Of a stretch of 32,000 nucleotides of DNA, positions 8,024 through 17,590 are shown in pieces. This DNA comes from a bacterium (lineage in GTDB: Bacteria; UBP7; UBA6624): NCBI GenBank assembly GCA_002716355.1, contig PBAU01000003.1, positions 120,001 through 152,000 of the forward strand. The letters are read 5' to 3'. Position 1 is the stretch's first letter; every line of letters begins with the position of its first letter. The position numbers were made by a program, and so were the translations under genes. Under the pieces are notes generated by a model. The model searched no databases and had not been told where the DNA came from. It saw only the letters and a program-made list of their open reading frames with translations.

Positions 8024-9038
8024 TTTGCCCAGCCTCCGTTTGAAGGACAGATTTTGCCGTTACATCTATTTTCTTACCCATATACTTAAGCCCACCTTCA
8101 ACAACCACCATAGTACCATCAGGCAAATGTCCAACTCCTTGATTCTTCTCGTTCCCCTCTCTTGTTATACTGAGTTCAAATTTCTCACCAGCAGTGAAAT
8201 GAGGCCTTAAGGATAATGTAAGCTCATTTAAATTTAAAACTCTCACACCTTTCATTTTCGCTACATGATTCAAATTTAAATCATTTGTAATCAAATCTGC
8301 TTTTATAGTATCAGCTAAAAAAACTAAATGCGAATCTGTATCTGATGTCATTTTAATTTTTTCTTCTAAGACTCTAACATAAAGCTGTTTGTCGTTAAGC
8401 AGGTCATTAAGGCATTCAAGGCCTCTTTTTCCCCTCATTCTCTTTTCAGGATTTGTACTATCTGCAAGTAGATGAATCTCATTGATTACAGAATTAGGAA
8501 TAAGGATTGGTCCTTCTAAAAATCCTGAACTTAAAACCATATGTATCCTCCTGTCGATTAAAACATTCGAGTCAAGAATTTTCGCTTTGCCAAATTGCTT
8601 TGGGCCACTTTTTATCAAGCTTGACAAAGGATCTGCAGCAACCATTGTCAAAACACATAAATAAAGTATTAAAAAACCACCAAGGTATGTTATCTGCATG
8701 CTCGAATTCTCTCCGCTCAACAACCATGGTGCTGAAAGATGTAGCGAGGATAAAAGCAAATAAAAAATAACCAACCCTGCAACTAGGCCAACTATACCGG
8801 AAACAACCTCTGAGGGCCTTCTTGATGATATCTGTGCAATAAAATCACTATTGAATTTTCTAAATGCAGATGTAAGCGGGGCAGAAAGGTAGCCAAAGAG
8901 AATTGCTACAGAAACAATAATCGCATTTTTTAAAGCGATCGTTTGATTTAAACCGAAAGAGCTTAAAAGGTAAGGTGCTGCTTTTACACCTATCATCAGC
9001 CCTACAAGCAAATAAAAGAAAATAGAAAGCCTTTTCAA
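8001..9038 (-). CDS. yacL: Membrane-anchored PIN/TRAM domain protein (YacL-like)
   Basis: N-terminal hydrophobic helices, a PIN-like segment (KILDSNVLIDRRI...ADLITNDLNL) and a C-terminal TRAM-like barrel (GEKFELSITREGNEKNQGVGHLPDGTMVVVEGG). Sits immediately upstream of ispD-ispF, as yacL does in Bacillus. TTG start. Confidence 0.75.
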   Translation of the reverse strand: MKRLSIFFYLLVGLMIGVKAAPYLLSSFGLNQTIALKNAIIVSVAILFGYLSAPLTSAFRKFNSDFIAQISSRRPSEVVSGIVGLVAGLVIFYLLLSSLHLSAPWLLSGENSSMQITYLGGFLILYLCVLTMVAADPLSSLIKSGPKQFGKAKILDSNVLIDRRIHMVLSSGFLEGPILIPNSVINEIHLLADSTNPEKRMRGKRGLECLNDLLNDKQLYVRVLEEKIKMTSDTDSHLVFLADTIKADLITNDLNLNHVAKMKGVRVLNLNELTLSLRPHFTAGEKFELSITREGNEKNQGVGHLPDGTMVVVEGGLKYMGKKIDVTAKSVLQTEAGQIVFARPA

Positions 9039-9101
9039 AACAAATAGCTAAACAAAAACCTTAATATCAAGGTAAGCAAAAAAATAGCTCACTTAATAAA
9101 G

Positions 9102-9635
9102 CTATGAAAAATCAATCATCTCCATGATTTTCTCACAAACATCCTGCATATTAGATTCAATTTTTGCTTTCTTCTCTCCGCGGATGCCCATGTAGCATTC
9201 AACCTCCCCTCTTATCTGTTCACAAACATCAGATAAAAGCTTTTGATCAAGTATTGACAAACGGCTATGATCATCATTATGTCTTGCTAACAAGTCCCTA
9301 GCAACCTCAGCAACTAAAGACAAATCACCACTTTTAATTTTTTTCAAGTTTTCAGAATGGTCTCTATTCCATCTTTGTTTTAATGCAGTTGGAGGGCTTT
9401 TTAAAACTCTTAAGCACTCTTCCAAATGATGGTCATTTGCTAAATGTCTAATAGCCAACTCTCCTTCTGCGGGTATTTTTATAGTAAGTCCTTTTTGAAA
9501 TAAACTCACTTGTAAGTATTTTCTAATTTTTCCACCTGGCACTCTCATCTCCTCTATGTTCTTTATAACTCCTGCTCCATGAACCGGATGGACAACCCCC
9601 ATGCCGATTTCAAAACTGCTTGAATCAAAACTCAT
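9102..9635 (-). CDS. carD: CarD/CdnL family RNA-polymerase-binding transcription regulator
   Basis: N-terminal Tudor-like motif [44 protein letters not shown]. About 170 aa. AAGGAG about 8 nt upstream of the ATG. ATGA overlap with the clpC stop. Confidence 0.85.
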   Translation of the reverse strand: MSFDSSSFEIGMGVVHPVHGAGVIKNIEEMRVPGGKIRKYLQVSLFQKGLTIKIPAEGELAIRHLANDHHLEECLRVLKSPPTALKQRWNRDHSENLKKIKSGDLSLVAEVARDLLARHNDDHSRLSILDQKLLSDVCEQIRGEVECYMGIRGEKKAKIESNMQDVCEKIMEMIDFS

Positions 9636-12202
9636 GATTTTTTCTCCTTTTTCTTCTTTTTCTTTTCTATGGATTTGATTACATCAAATGTAAATTCATC
9701 TCCATTTGTAGAAACAACAATCGTGTCTTGCTTTTCAATGTCTCCCTTTAAGATTATCTCAGCCATTGGTTCTTCTAAATCAACTTCAACCTGTCTTCTA
9801 AGTTTTCTTGCTCCCTCTCTAGGGCTGTAACCATTAGCAGCTAATAAATCTTTGGCTTCATCTCCAACAAGCAAACTTAGATCTTTTTCTTTTAATTTTG
9901 CTTCTAAGTTTGCCAATAATATATCGATAATGTTGATTATCTCACTCTTGCCTAATGAATCAAAAACTGCTATCTCGTCTAACCTTCCCAAAAGTTCAGG
10001 CCTAAATCTCTTCCTGGCTTCATCTTCTAATCTTTTCTTTAATATCTCATGGTCAAAATTAACCTGTTCGCCTGGCACTCCAAAACCTAAATCAGGAGTG
10101 TCGAATAATCCCTCAGTGCCAGTATTGCTTGTCAGTATTATTACAGTATTTCTAAAATTAACTTTATGACCAAGTGAATCTGTCAGCTCACCTTCTTCTA
10201 ATATCTGCAAGAGGATATTAAATATATCTGGGTGAGCCTTTTCGATTTCATCAAAAAGAACAACTGAATAAGGCTGTCTTCTTACAGCTTCAGAAAGCTG
10301 TCCGCCTTCGTCATAACCAACATAACCAGGAGGAGCTCCAAGCAACCTGCTTACAGTATGCTTCTCCATGTACTCAGACATATCTAACCTTGTAATTTTC
10401 TTTCTGTCACCTAGTAAAAATTCTGCAACAGTTTTAGCAAGCTCTGTCTTTCCTACACCTGTTGGTCCAAGAAACAAAAAGCTTCCTTGTGGTCTTGACC
10501 TATCAGTTAGACCTGCTTTTGATTTTCTCAATATAGAAGAAACCTTTGAGACAACATGCTTCTGGCCAATAATTCTTTCAGAAATAAATTTGTCTATATC
10601 CAAGATTCTTTCAGATTCTGATTTGCTTATTCGAGCAACAGGGACACCTGTCCAGATATGAACAACCTCTGCTACAGTCTCATCATCAACAAATGCTTCC
10701 TGCAAAGCCCTAACATTTTCTTCTTCTTTTTCAAGAGAGTCTTCAAGTAGGTTTATCTCTTCTTTAATTTTTAAAGTTTTTTTGTTTTCTATTTCTAGTT
10801 TTTCTCTTTGAGCAGTTATTCTCTCTCTTAAAATTGATGCTTTTTCAAGATCTTTAGAAAGCACTGCTTCTCTTTTTTCTGATTCAAGATCTTCAATTAA
10901 AGTTTTGATCTCGCTTCCAACATTAAGCAGGTCTTTTCTCTTGTTATCAATTTTAGATTTGATTTTTTCCATCTCCGGAGAGCTTGTGGAGAGGTTTAGT
11001 CTCACCTTGGATGAAGCTTCGTCTATAAGGTCTATAGCTTTATCTGGCAAAAATCTATCTGTGATGAATCTACTGCTCAGCTGAACAGCTGCATCAAGAG
11101 CATTGTCGCTTATTTCAACACCATGATATTCTTCATATCTTGACCTTAGCCCTTTGAGGATTTGAATTGATTCATCTATGCTTGGTTCGCTGACTTGCAC
11201 TATTTGAAACCTTCTATCCAGTGCAGGGTTTTTCTCAATATGTTTTCTATATTCGCCAAATGTAGTTGCACCAATGCAATGAAGCTCCCCTCTGGCTAAA
11301 GCTGGTTTCAAAATATTGGAAGCATCTATTGCACCTTCTGCAGCACCCGTTCCAACCAATGTATGAACTTCATCTATAAAAAGAATAATATTTCCATCAG
11401 AATCTTTCACTTCTGCTAATATTTTTTTTATCCTGTTTTCAAATTCACCCCTATACTTGGTTCCAGCGACTACACTTGCCAAATCTAAAGAAAAAACTTT
11501 CTTGCCCTTAAGCCTATCAGGAACCTCTTCGTTAACTATTTTTTGCGCTAAACCTTCAACAATTGCAGTTTTACCTACTCCAGGCTCACCTATAAGCAAG
11601 GGATTATTTTTGATTCTTTTATTCAAAATGTGAATCATTCTTTCTATCTCAGTTTTTCTTCCTATGGTGGGATCCAACTTTCCTTCACTGGCTAAAGAAG
11701 TTAAATTCTCAGCAAATTTTTCAAGAGTTTGAAGCTTGTTTTTTTCTTTCTTTCCTGAAGGTGGGGAATCTTCCTCCACTTCATAAAAAGATGACACTTC
11801 TGCTTGAAGCTCTCCAATAAAAAGTCCACTTTCCCTCAACGCTTTGCCTGCTGAGCCTCCATGTTTGAAGATTGCTGAAAGTATGTGTTCGCTTGCTATT
11901 TGAGCTTTTTTCATTTGCCTACTTTCGTCATAAGCGAGCTCAAAAACCCTTTTAGTATCGCTTGAAAAAGAAACAGCATAATCAGAATTCCCTTCATCTG
12001 TAATAATGGATTCAACCTTACTTAAGAGCTCGGTTGTTTTCGCACCCATGTTTTCTAATATTCTGTAAGCATTTGAATTTGGGCTTTTAAGAATTGATAT
12101 CAAAAGGTGTGTTGGCTCAAGGGCTTCAGATTTTTGCTGTTTTGCTATTTTTTGAGCTTTTATTATTACCCTTTTTGAATCGCTATGAAATTTATTCCAC
12201 AT
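9632..12202 (-). CDS. clpC: ATP-dependent Clp protease ATP-binding subunit ClpC (class I AAA+)
   Basis: Two Clp_N repeats. Two Walker A sites ([16 protein letters not shown]). Short M-domain with a UVR-like [12 protein letters not shown]. Candidate ClpP-docking loop DLGFGV. C-terminal Lys run [11 protein letters not shown]. Confidence 0.9.
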   Translation of the reverse strand: MWNKFHSDSKRVIIKAQKIAKQQKSEALEPTHLLISILKSPNSNAYRILENMGAKTTELLSKVESIITDEGNSDYAVSFSSDTKRVFELAYDESRQMKKAQIASEHILSAIFKHGGSAGKALRESGLFIGELQAEVSSFYEVEEDSPPSGKKEKNKLQTLEKFAENLTSLASEGKLDPTIGRKTEIERMIHILNKRIKNNPLLIGEPGVGKTAIVEGLAQKIVNEEVPDRLKGKKVFSLDLASVVAGTKYRGEFENRIKKILAEVKDSDGNIILFIDEVHTLVGTGAAEGAIDASNILKPALARGELHCIGATTFGEYRKHIEKNPALDRRFQIVQVSEPSIDESIQILKGLRSRYEEYHGVEISDNALDAAVQLSSRFITDRFLPDKAIDLIDEASSKVRLNLSTSSPEMEKIKSKIDNKRKDLLNVGSEIKTLIEDLESEKREAVLSKDLEKASILRERITAQREKLEIENKKTLKIKEEINLLEDSLEKEEENVRALQEAFVDDETVAEVVHIWTGVPVARISKSESERILDIDKFISERIIGQKHVVSKVSSILRKSKAGLTDRSRPQGSFLFLGPTGVGKTELAKTVAEFLLGDRKKITRLDMSEYMEKHTVSRLLGAPPGYVGYDEGGQLSEAVRRQPYSVVLFDEIEKAHPDIFNILLQILEEGELTDSLGHKVNFRNTVIILTSNTGTEGLFDTPDLGFGVPGEQVNFDHEILKKRLEDEARKRFRPELLGRLDEIAVFDSLGKSEIINIIDILLANLEAKLKEKDLSLLVGDEAKDLLAANGYSPREGARKLRRQVEVDLEEPMAEIILKGDIEKQDTIVVSTNGDEFTFDVIKSIEKKKKKKEKKS

Positions 12203-12245
12203 AATTAAGTTACGCTTAAAGTTAAAAAAAACAACACTCGTACCT

Positions 12246-12274
12246 GATTATTCTACCATACATCTGTAAATCAA
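12246..12274 (-). promoter_or_regulatory. Putative sigma70-like promoter for clpC
   Basis: On the minus strand: TTGATT (12274-12269), a 17-nt spacer, then ATAATC (12251-12246), in the 75-nt gap upstream of clpC. No CtsR or CIRCE operator recognised. Confidence 0.25.
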
Positions 12275-12277
12275 TTA

Positions 12278-13348
12278 TTAAAAATCATTTTTGGATAAAA
12301 AATTTAAAACATTTTCTTCTGATAAATCTTGACTGAAAGATCTAAATCCAGCCCATTTAAAACCATTCTTTTCAGCCAGCTTCCAAATTTGCTCAACCTT
12401 GGTTATGTCTATCTCTCTTCCCAATGTGGATAACTCAAAAGAATCAGTAAGAGATATCAATATAGTTTCAGCTTCACATGCATAAGCGATATTTTTCGGC
12501 AATGGCCAATCATAAGAAAATTCAGGATTTCCTGGCAAGAGTATCTCACCACTTTCCAAAACCAAACAGTCAATTCTTTTTGCGGCTTCCTCCTTGCTTA
12601 AATCAGGGGGTAATGCTATGTCAATAACCACAGAACCCGAATTCAACTTATCTACAGGAATCGCTTTTCCTGCTGAGCTTGTTGCTCCAATGATTAATTT
12701 TGAATCTTTAAGCAAATCTGAATCCGTACCAAAAGAAACAACACTTCCACCTAGCTCTTCTGCGAGCATTTTTAATTTCTTTTTTGTTTTTGAAATAAGT
12801 ATCAATTTTGCATTCTTCTTGGCGAGCAACCTTGCAACTGCCTTGCCTATTGAGCCTGAAGCGCCAACTATTGCTATTTTTTCATTGCTGATTTCCTTTT
12901 TGGCCAATTCCAATATTCTTTCTACACTTTGAATAGTAGCTGCAACAGTTAATGAATTTCCTGTTGTTACCGATATCGGACTACGTTCAGAAACTGTTAT
13001 TCCAGCATCGCCAACAACACTAGTAAAAGCTCCAAGTCCCATTATCTTGGCTCCATATTTTTGACCCCATTTAGAAGCTTTAACTAAAAGCTTATATGTT
13101 TTTTCTGGCTTCTTTTGAAGCATTAATTTTGGAGTTGAAAGCAAACCTAAAACCCAACCTTCAGCTTTTTTGCCATCAGTTGTTTCTATCCCTTTTATTT
13201 TAAAGAGAGGAAAAGGGCCCAAGCCACCCACTAACCTTTCAGGAATGCCTTTCGGCAAATGCTTTAGAAACCTAAGTTGAGGAATCCTGAATAAATCTTT
13301 TTCCTCAGGTGGGTGAACCATAAAAATAAACTTTGCTATCTTTTTCAA
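12278..13348 (-). CDS. NAD(P)-binding oxidoreductase of the long-chain acyl-ACP reductase (cyanobacterial AAR) family
   Basis: Collinear similarity, aligned from memory, to Synechococcus AAR. Pairs (this protein / AAR): KFIFMVHP / FGLIGH; GLGAFTSV / LGGFTSI; VTTGNSLTVAAT / FTTGNTHTAYV; IAIVGASGSIGKAVARLL / VAVVGATGDIGSAVCRWL; YACEAETIL / FACFAEAML, with the Cys conserved; GREIDITKVEQIWKLAEKNGF / GRNQITIEKMEAIGEASVRHGF. TTG start directly after the upstream TAA. Confidence 0.65.
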   Translation of the reverse strand: MKKIAKFIFMVHPPEEKDLFRIPQLRFLKHLPKGIPERLVGGLGPFPLFKIKGIETTDGKKAEGWVLGLLSTPKLMLQKKPEKTYKLLVKASKWGQKYGAKIMGLGAFTSVVGDAGITVSERSPISVTTGNSLTVAATIQSVERILELAKKEISNEKIAIVGASGSIGKAVARLLAKKNAKLILISKTKKKLKMLAEELGGSVVSFGTDSDLLKDSKLIIGATSSAGKAIPVDKLNSGSVVIDIALPPDLSKEEAAKRIDCLVLESGEILLPGNPEFSYDWPLPKNIAYACEAETILISLTDSFELSTLGREIDITKVEQIWKLAEKNGFKWAGFRSFSQDLSEENVLNFLSKNDF

Positions 13349-14485
13349 TTAAAAACCCAACCCCTCTTCTAAATCTTCCCAAAGATCTTCCCGATCCTCC
13401 ACACCACAGGAAAGCCTAATAAGATTATCGGTAATGCCTTTTTCCAGTCTTTTTTTTCGGTCAATGCTTGCATGTGTCATTTTTGAAGGAACACAAAGCA
13501 AGCTTTCAACCCCACCTAAAGATTCAGCAAGTGTCCAATATTTTCTTTTGGAGACAAGTTTGTCAAAATCAATATCTCCAGTGACTTTAAAGCTAACCAT
13601 TCCACCATACCCACTTGATTGAGATTTGTGAACCATATGTCCATGATGATTCTTTAAGCCTGGCCAATAAACCACTTCAACAGCATCATGATCTTTTAAC
13701 TTGTTGGCTATAAAAGACGCATTCTCTTCATGTTTTTCCATTCTCAAAGAAAGTGTTTTTATTCCCCTTGTTAGCATATAACAATCAAAAGGGCTAGGGA
13801 CAGACCCTAAGTCATTTTGAACTTTTCTCAATTTTTCATTAATTTGATTGCTATTGGTTATTGCTGCGCCACCCAAAACATCAGAATGACCTCCAATATA
13901 TTTAGTGGATGAATGCATAACTATATCTGCGCCATAGTCCAATGGATTTTGAAACTTTGGACTCATAAAAGTATTGTCAACAATCAATATTGCATTTGGG
14001 GCTAAACTCTTTACTTTTGCTATATCCGTAATTTTTAGAAGAGGGTTTGTTGGTGTTTCTACCCATATTAAACTTGCTTTATCCCAATGCTGAAAACCTT
14101 CGGGGTCTGTCGTGTCTGCATAGAGAACCTCATAACCTTCGGGTTTTAAAAAATCATTCATAAATCTTCCAGTTCCACCATAGAGATCATCTCCCGCGAT
14201 TAAAGTCTGTCCTTTTTGAAGTAATTTTGTTATACTGGCGACAGCAGCCATTCCGCTAGAGAAACTTATTGCATATTTACCATTTTCCAAAGATGCCAAA
14301 AAGCTTTCAAGAACAGATCTAGTTGGGTTGTCGCTTCGTATATATTCATAAGAGCCCAAAGGCTTGCCTGGGCTAGATTGAGCATAAGTGGATGAAAGAT
14401 TTATTGGTGGCATTACACTTCCAGTATGCTTTTCTATTCCTTTTTTGTTGTGAATACATTTTGTATCAAATTTTTTACTTTTCAT
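13349..14485 (-). CDS. Cys/Met-metabolism PLP enzyme, cystathionine gamma-lyase/beta-lyase family
   Basis: YEYIRSDNPTRSVLE, SSGMAAV, and the PLP-lysine motif HSSTKYIGGHSDVLGG. I place the start at the ATG 14483-14485, which forms an ATGA overlap with the upstream stop, rather than at the track's TTG at 14494. Confidence 0.85.
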   Translation of the reverse strand: MKSKKFDTKCIHNKKGIEKHTGSVMPPINLSSTYAQSSPGKPLGSYEYIRSDNPTRSVLESFLASLENGKYAISFSSGMAAVASITKLLQKGQTLIAGDDLYGGTGRFMNDFLKPEGYEVLYADTTDPEGFQHWDKASLIWVETPTNPLLKITDIAKVKSLAPNAILIVDNTFMSPKFQNPLDYGADIVMHSSTKYIGGHSDVLGGAAITNSNQINEKLRKVQNDLGSVPSPFDCYMLTRGIKTLSLRMEKHEENASFIANKLKDHDAVEVVYWPGLKNHHGHMVHKSQSSGYGGMVSFKVTGDIDFDKLVSKRKYWTLAESLGGVESLLCVPSKMTHASIDRKKRLEKGITDNLIRLSCGVEDREDLWEDLEEGLGF

Positions 14486-15402
14486 TTTTTCCAATCCTCA
14501 AATCTTGAATAAATATTTTTAGATATGTATCTTTCTGAAGAATCGCATAACAATGTCACCACATTAGCTCCTTCAGGCAGCATTTTTGCAACATTCAAAG
14601 CAGCAAAAACCAAAGCTCCAGAAGATGCCCCTACCAAAAGACCTTCTTCTCTTGCCAATCTTTTTGTTATAAAGTGAGCATCCTTATCAGAGACGGTAAC
14701 TATTTCGTCACACAAATCCTTTTCCCAAAGTTTTATAGTGGTCATGTCGTCTACACCTATGCCTTCGACCTTATGTGGCCCTGGGTCATCACCAAGCAAA
14801 ACAGATCCTTCAGGCTGAACTGCAATGCATTTTATATTTTTATTAATTTTCTTTAAAAACTTTGAAACACCTACAAAGGTTCCTGCTGAACCAATTCCAG
14901 CAACAAAAGCATCTACATTTTCCAATTGGGAATTTATTTCTGGAGCAGTTGTTTCAAAATGAGCCTGAGCATTATCGGGATTTGAAAATTGCAAAGGGAC
15001 CCATCCATTAAGCTCTTTCTTTAGCTGATATGCCTTCTCTATAGCACCCTCTATCCCCTCGCTTGTAGCGGTCCTGACAACCTTTCCACCCAAGGCAACA
15101 ATGATCTTTTCTTTCTCTTTTGAAAATCTGCCTGGCATAACTGCAATCATCTCCATGCCATAAAAGCAACAGGCCAAAGCTAATGCAATGCCAGTATTCC
15201 CAGCAGTAGGCTCTATAACTGCCTGCCCTTTCTCAAGCTCCCCTCGCTCTAAAGCTTTTTCGATCATAAAAAAACCAATTCTGTCCTTCACAGAACCTCC
15301 AGGATTTAAATATTCAGCTTTTCCAAAAACCCTTCTTCCTTTAGGTGAAAGCCTTTTCAACTCAACAAGAGGAGTATTACCGACAAGATCGTTAACTCTC
15401 AT
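14482..15402 (-). CDS. cysK: Cysteine synthase / cystathionine beta-synthase-like PLP enzyme (no CBS regulatory domains)
   Basis: GNTPLVEL, PLP-lysine motif NPGGSVKDRIG, TAGNTGIALA, GIGSAGT. Adjacent to a cystathionine lyase, as in mccA-mccB type reverse transsulfuration pairs. Confidence 0.85.
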   Translation of the reverse strand: MRVNDLVGNTPLVELKRLSPKGRRVFGKAEYLNPGGSVKDRIGFFMIEKALERGELEKGQAVIEPTAGNTGIALALACCFYGMEMIAVMPGRFSKEKEKIIVALGGKVVRTATSEGIEGAIEKAYQLKKELNGWVPLQFSNPDNAQAHFETTAPEINSQLENVDAFVAGIGSAGTFVGVSKFLKKINKNIKCIAVQPEGSVLLGDDPGPHKVEGIGVDDMTTIKLWEKDLCDEIVTVSDKDAHFITKRLAREEGLLVGASSGALVFAALNVAKMLPEGANVVTLLCDSSERYISKNIYSRFEDWKK

Positions 15403-15955
15403 TGCTTTTCCATTTAATATTGCATCCTATACTTGGAAATTGATGTTTAATTATTTCTTTTTTTTCCAAAAATAAATCTACAGCAGCTCTTAAGCTTTCT
15501 CCATTGCATGGGATATCATTTCCTGGCCTGCTTTGATCAAGCTGGCCTCTATAAATTAGCCTATCGCTTTGATCAAAAAGAAAAAAATCAGGAGTGCATT
15601 GTGCCTTAAAAGCTTTAGCAACAGACTGGTCTTCATCAAAACAGTAAGGGAAACTGAAATTATTGCTCTTTGCCTGTTTTTTCAGATTTCCTAAAGAGTC
15701 TTGAGGGTAAGCAATCGAATCATTGCTTGAAATAGCAATTATGTCTAATTTATCTTTGTAATCACTAGAGAACAAGACTAACTCTTTTTCAATATGTACA
15801 ACATAAGGGCAATGCGCACATATAAACATTACTAAAGTCAACCTATCTTGATTTAAAGAATTTGAATTTATTAATCTTCCATCAACAACATTGCTCAATG
15901 AAAAAGTTGGCATTTCAGTGCCTAAAGGAGTCATGTACGAAGGGGTTAGAGACAT
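15392..15955 (-). CDS. Thioredoxin-fold protein of the AhpC/TSA (PRX-like) family
   Basis: MPTFSL..., CxxC-type FICAHCPYV, SSNDSIAYPQDS, FSFPYCFDEDQSVAKAFKAQCTPDFFLFD, YRGQLDQSRP. Confidence 0.75.
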   Translation of the reverse strand: MSLTPSYMTPLGTEMPTFSLSNVVDGRLINSNSLNQDRLTLVMFICAHCPYVVHIEKELVLFSSDYKDKLDIIAISSNDSIAYPQDSLGNLKKQAKSNNFSFPYCFDEDQSVAKAFKAQCTPDFFLFDQSDRLIYRGQLDQSRPGNDIPCNGESLRAAVDLFLEKKEIIKHQFPSIGCNIKWKSNES

Positions 15956-15957
15956 TT

Positions 15958-16962
15958 TTAATCTTCTTGATTTTCCTCTTTTAGTTGTTTTTTTGTATCA
16001 AGTCCAAGTTTTTTTGCACTTCTTAACAAAGACTCAAGCCCCCCCGTTCCCTTTAATTTCGCATGAACATGCTTGAAGGCGTTTTCAAATTTGGTCATGT
16101 CTGCATCAAAGCCTACATATTTTTCATATACTTTTTTCAAAACCTCAATCAGTTTTTGAGAATTTTCATTCATTTGCCTTTGTATCCACATCTTATGTAT
16201 AGTCCTTAAAATAGGCATGATAAGCAAAGGAGAAGCAAGCATTACTTTATTAGCTTTTGCATGCTGGGACAAATCTTTATCATGCTCTTGTGCAACAAGT
16301 AAAGCGGCATCTATTGGGATATACATAAGAACATAGCTATAAGAGTTTTTTAGTTGTTGGTAGTTTTTCCTGCCCAATGTTGTTATAGTGTCCCTTAGAC
16401 TTTTTGTATGTTTTTTAAGGTCTGATGGATCTTTAGTCTCTATAAATTTCAACCAATTTTTTGTAATAAATTTTGAATCAATAATAACTTTTCTCTCTTG
16501 GTCAAGGTTCAGGATAATATCTGGTCGACCACTGCCAACTGTTTGTTGGACTTCATAATGAACACCTCTTTGTAGGTCTTCACTGTTCAACAAGGCTTCA
16601 AGAGCCAATTCGCCTAGGTCTCCAGAGATTCTCGTATTACCACCCATTGCCTCCCGAAGAGTCTTGGTTGATTTTTCTAAGCTTGTTAGGTTTTCTGCCT
16701 GTGTCTCTAATTTGGTGCTAAGTTCAATTGTTCGATCCTTCAGTGTGCCTATATGCTCTTTGAGTGTGTTTTGTAATTTTTCATTAAATTGATTTTTGCT
16801 TTTTTCCAAAAGCGAATCTGAAAAATCTTCTAGATCTTTTTTTCTTTCTTCAAGTTCAGACTCTTCTACGTTTTTAATCTTTTCGATTTCTACTCTATAC
16901 CTTTTGTCTTGCCAAAGATAAAGCAAAAAAGCACCCAGGAAAAAACCAGCAGCAAATTCCAT
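15958..16962 (-). CDS. rmuC: DNA recombination protein RmuC (short form)
   Basis: N-terminal TM helix plus coiled coil, then the nuclease-like core GDLGELALEALL...GVHYEVQ...GRPDIILNL...VIIDSKF. Confidence 0.8.
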   Translation of the reverse strand: MEFAAGFFLGAFLLYLWQDKRYRVEIEKIKNVEESELEERKKDLEDFSDSLLEKSKNQFNEKLQNTLKEHIGTLKDRTIELSTKLETQAENLTSLEKSTKTLREAMGGNTRISGDLGELALEALLNSEDLQRGVHYEVQQTVGSGRPDIILNLDQERKVIIDSKFITKNWLKFIETKDPSDLKKHTKSLRDTITTLGRKNYQQLKNSYSYVLMYIPIDAALLVAQEHDKDLSQHAKANKVMLASPLLIMPILRTIHKMWIQRQMNENSQKLIEVLKKVYEKYVGFDADMTKFENAFKHVHAKLKGTGGLESLLRSAKKLGLDTKKQLKEENQED

Positions 16963-17573
16963 TATTTTTTGATTTTTTCTGGAGTAACTATACCAAGAGA
17001 AATAACTGCTTTCATTGCCTCTTCATTTGTCCAGCCAGTTTCTCTTATTTTGTTCTTCTCCACAAAAACAACCCACCCTGTTGCAGGGTTTGGAGGAATT
17101 GGAATGAAACACTTCACTAGATCTTTTTTATTCTTTTCGTCATGTATGTCTCCACAAATAAAAGCAACTGTCCATTGTCCATCCTTAAGATAAGGAACCA
17201 AAACAGGCTTATCAAAAGCCTTTCTCTCTTCAGGAGATAATGACTCTGCCAACTGCTTTCCAACACTCATTGTTTGGCCAACGATTGGGATTTTAGAAAC
17301 CCATGACTCAAAAAGAGCCAAAATGCTCTTTCCAAAAATATTGTTTATAAGAACTCCTACAAAATATAAAAAGATTACGAGAACAAGAAGTCCAAGACCA
17401 GGAATTTCGAACTGTATTAAAGGTTCAATTAAACCCATCACATTTTTATCAATCGCAACATAGGTGAGTTCAGCTACCTTGAAAACCAAAATAATTGGTA
17501 TCAGAGAAAGCAAGCCTCTCAAGATGTTTCTTTTTATGTGTTCTGGAAGATTGTTTTTTTGTTTTTTATTCAT
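16962..17573 (-). CDS. DUF502 family membrane protein
   Basis: About 200 aa with two N-terminal TM helices (LLSLIPIILVF..., GLGLLVLVIFLYFVGVLI) and a conserved tail FIPIPPNPATGWVVFV. 1-nt TAATG overlap with rmuC. Confidence 0.7.
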   Translation of the reverse strand: MNKKQKNNLPEHIKRNILRGLLSLIPIILVFKVAELTYVAIDKNVMGLIEPLIQFEIPGLGLLVLVIFLYFVGVLINNIFGKSILALFESWVSKIPIVGQTMSVGKQLAESLSPEERKAFDKPVLVPYLKDGQWTVAFICGDIHDEKNKKDLVKCFIPIPPNPATGWVVFVEKNKIRETGWTNEEAMKAVISLGIVTPEKIKK

Positions 17574-17590
17574 AAGCCCTACTATTTTAT

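Noticed and set aside
9039-9101. Weak hairpin (GTGAGC-N9-GCTTAC on the minus strand) and a direct AAATAGCT repeat between carD and yacL
   Set aside because: The stem is only 6 bp including a G-U pair, with a 9-nt loop and no following U-tract. That is not enough to call a terminator or regulatory element.
9632-9670. Lys-rich C-terminal tail of ClpC ([11 protein letters not shown]) and the homopolymer-rich DNA encoding it, as a possible slippage or frameshift site
   Set aside because: The reading frame ends cleanly in an ATGA overlap with carD. Lys-rich tails are expected in AT-rich genomes. There is no evidence of an alternative frame with coding potential.
12203-12277. Stress operators (CtsR box, CIRCE) upstream of clpC
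   Set aside because: I read the 75-nt gap on both strands. It has no GGTCAAA-type direct repeat and no TTAGCACTC-N9-GAGTGCTAA inverted repeat. Only a weak sigma70-like promoter candidate is reported.
12278-13348. A complete cyanobacterial-type alkane pathway (AAR + aldehyde-deformylating oxygenase)
   Set aside because: No ferritin-like ADO gene is adjacent or anywhere in the window, so only the reductase homologue is claimed.
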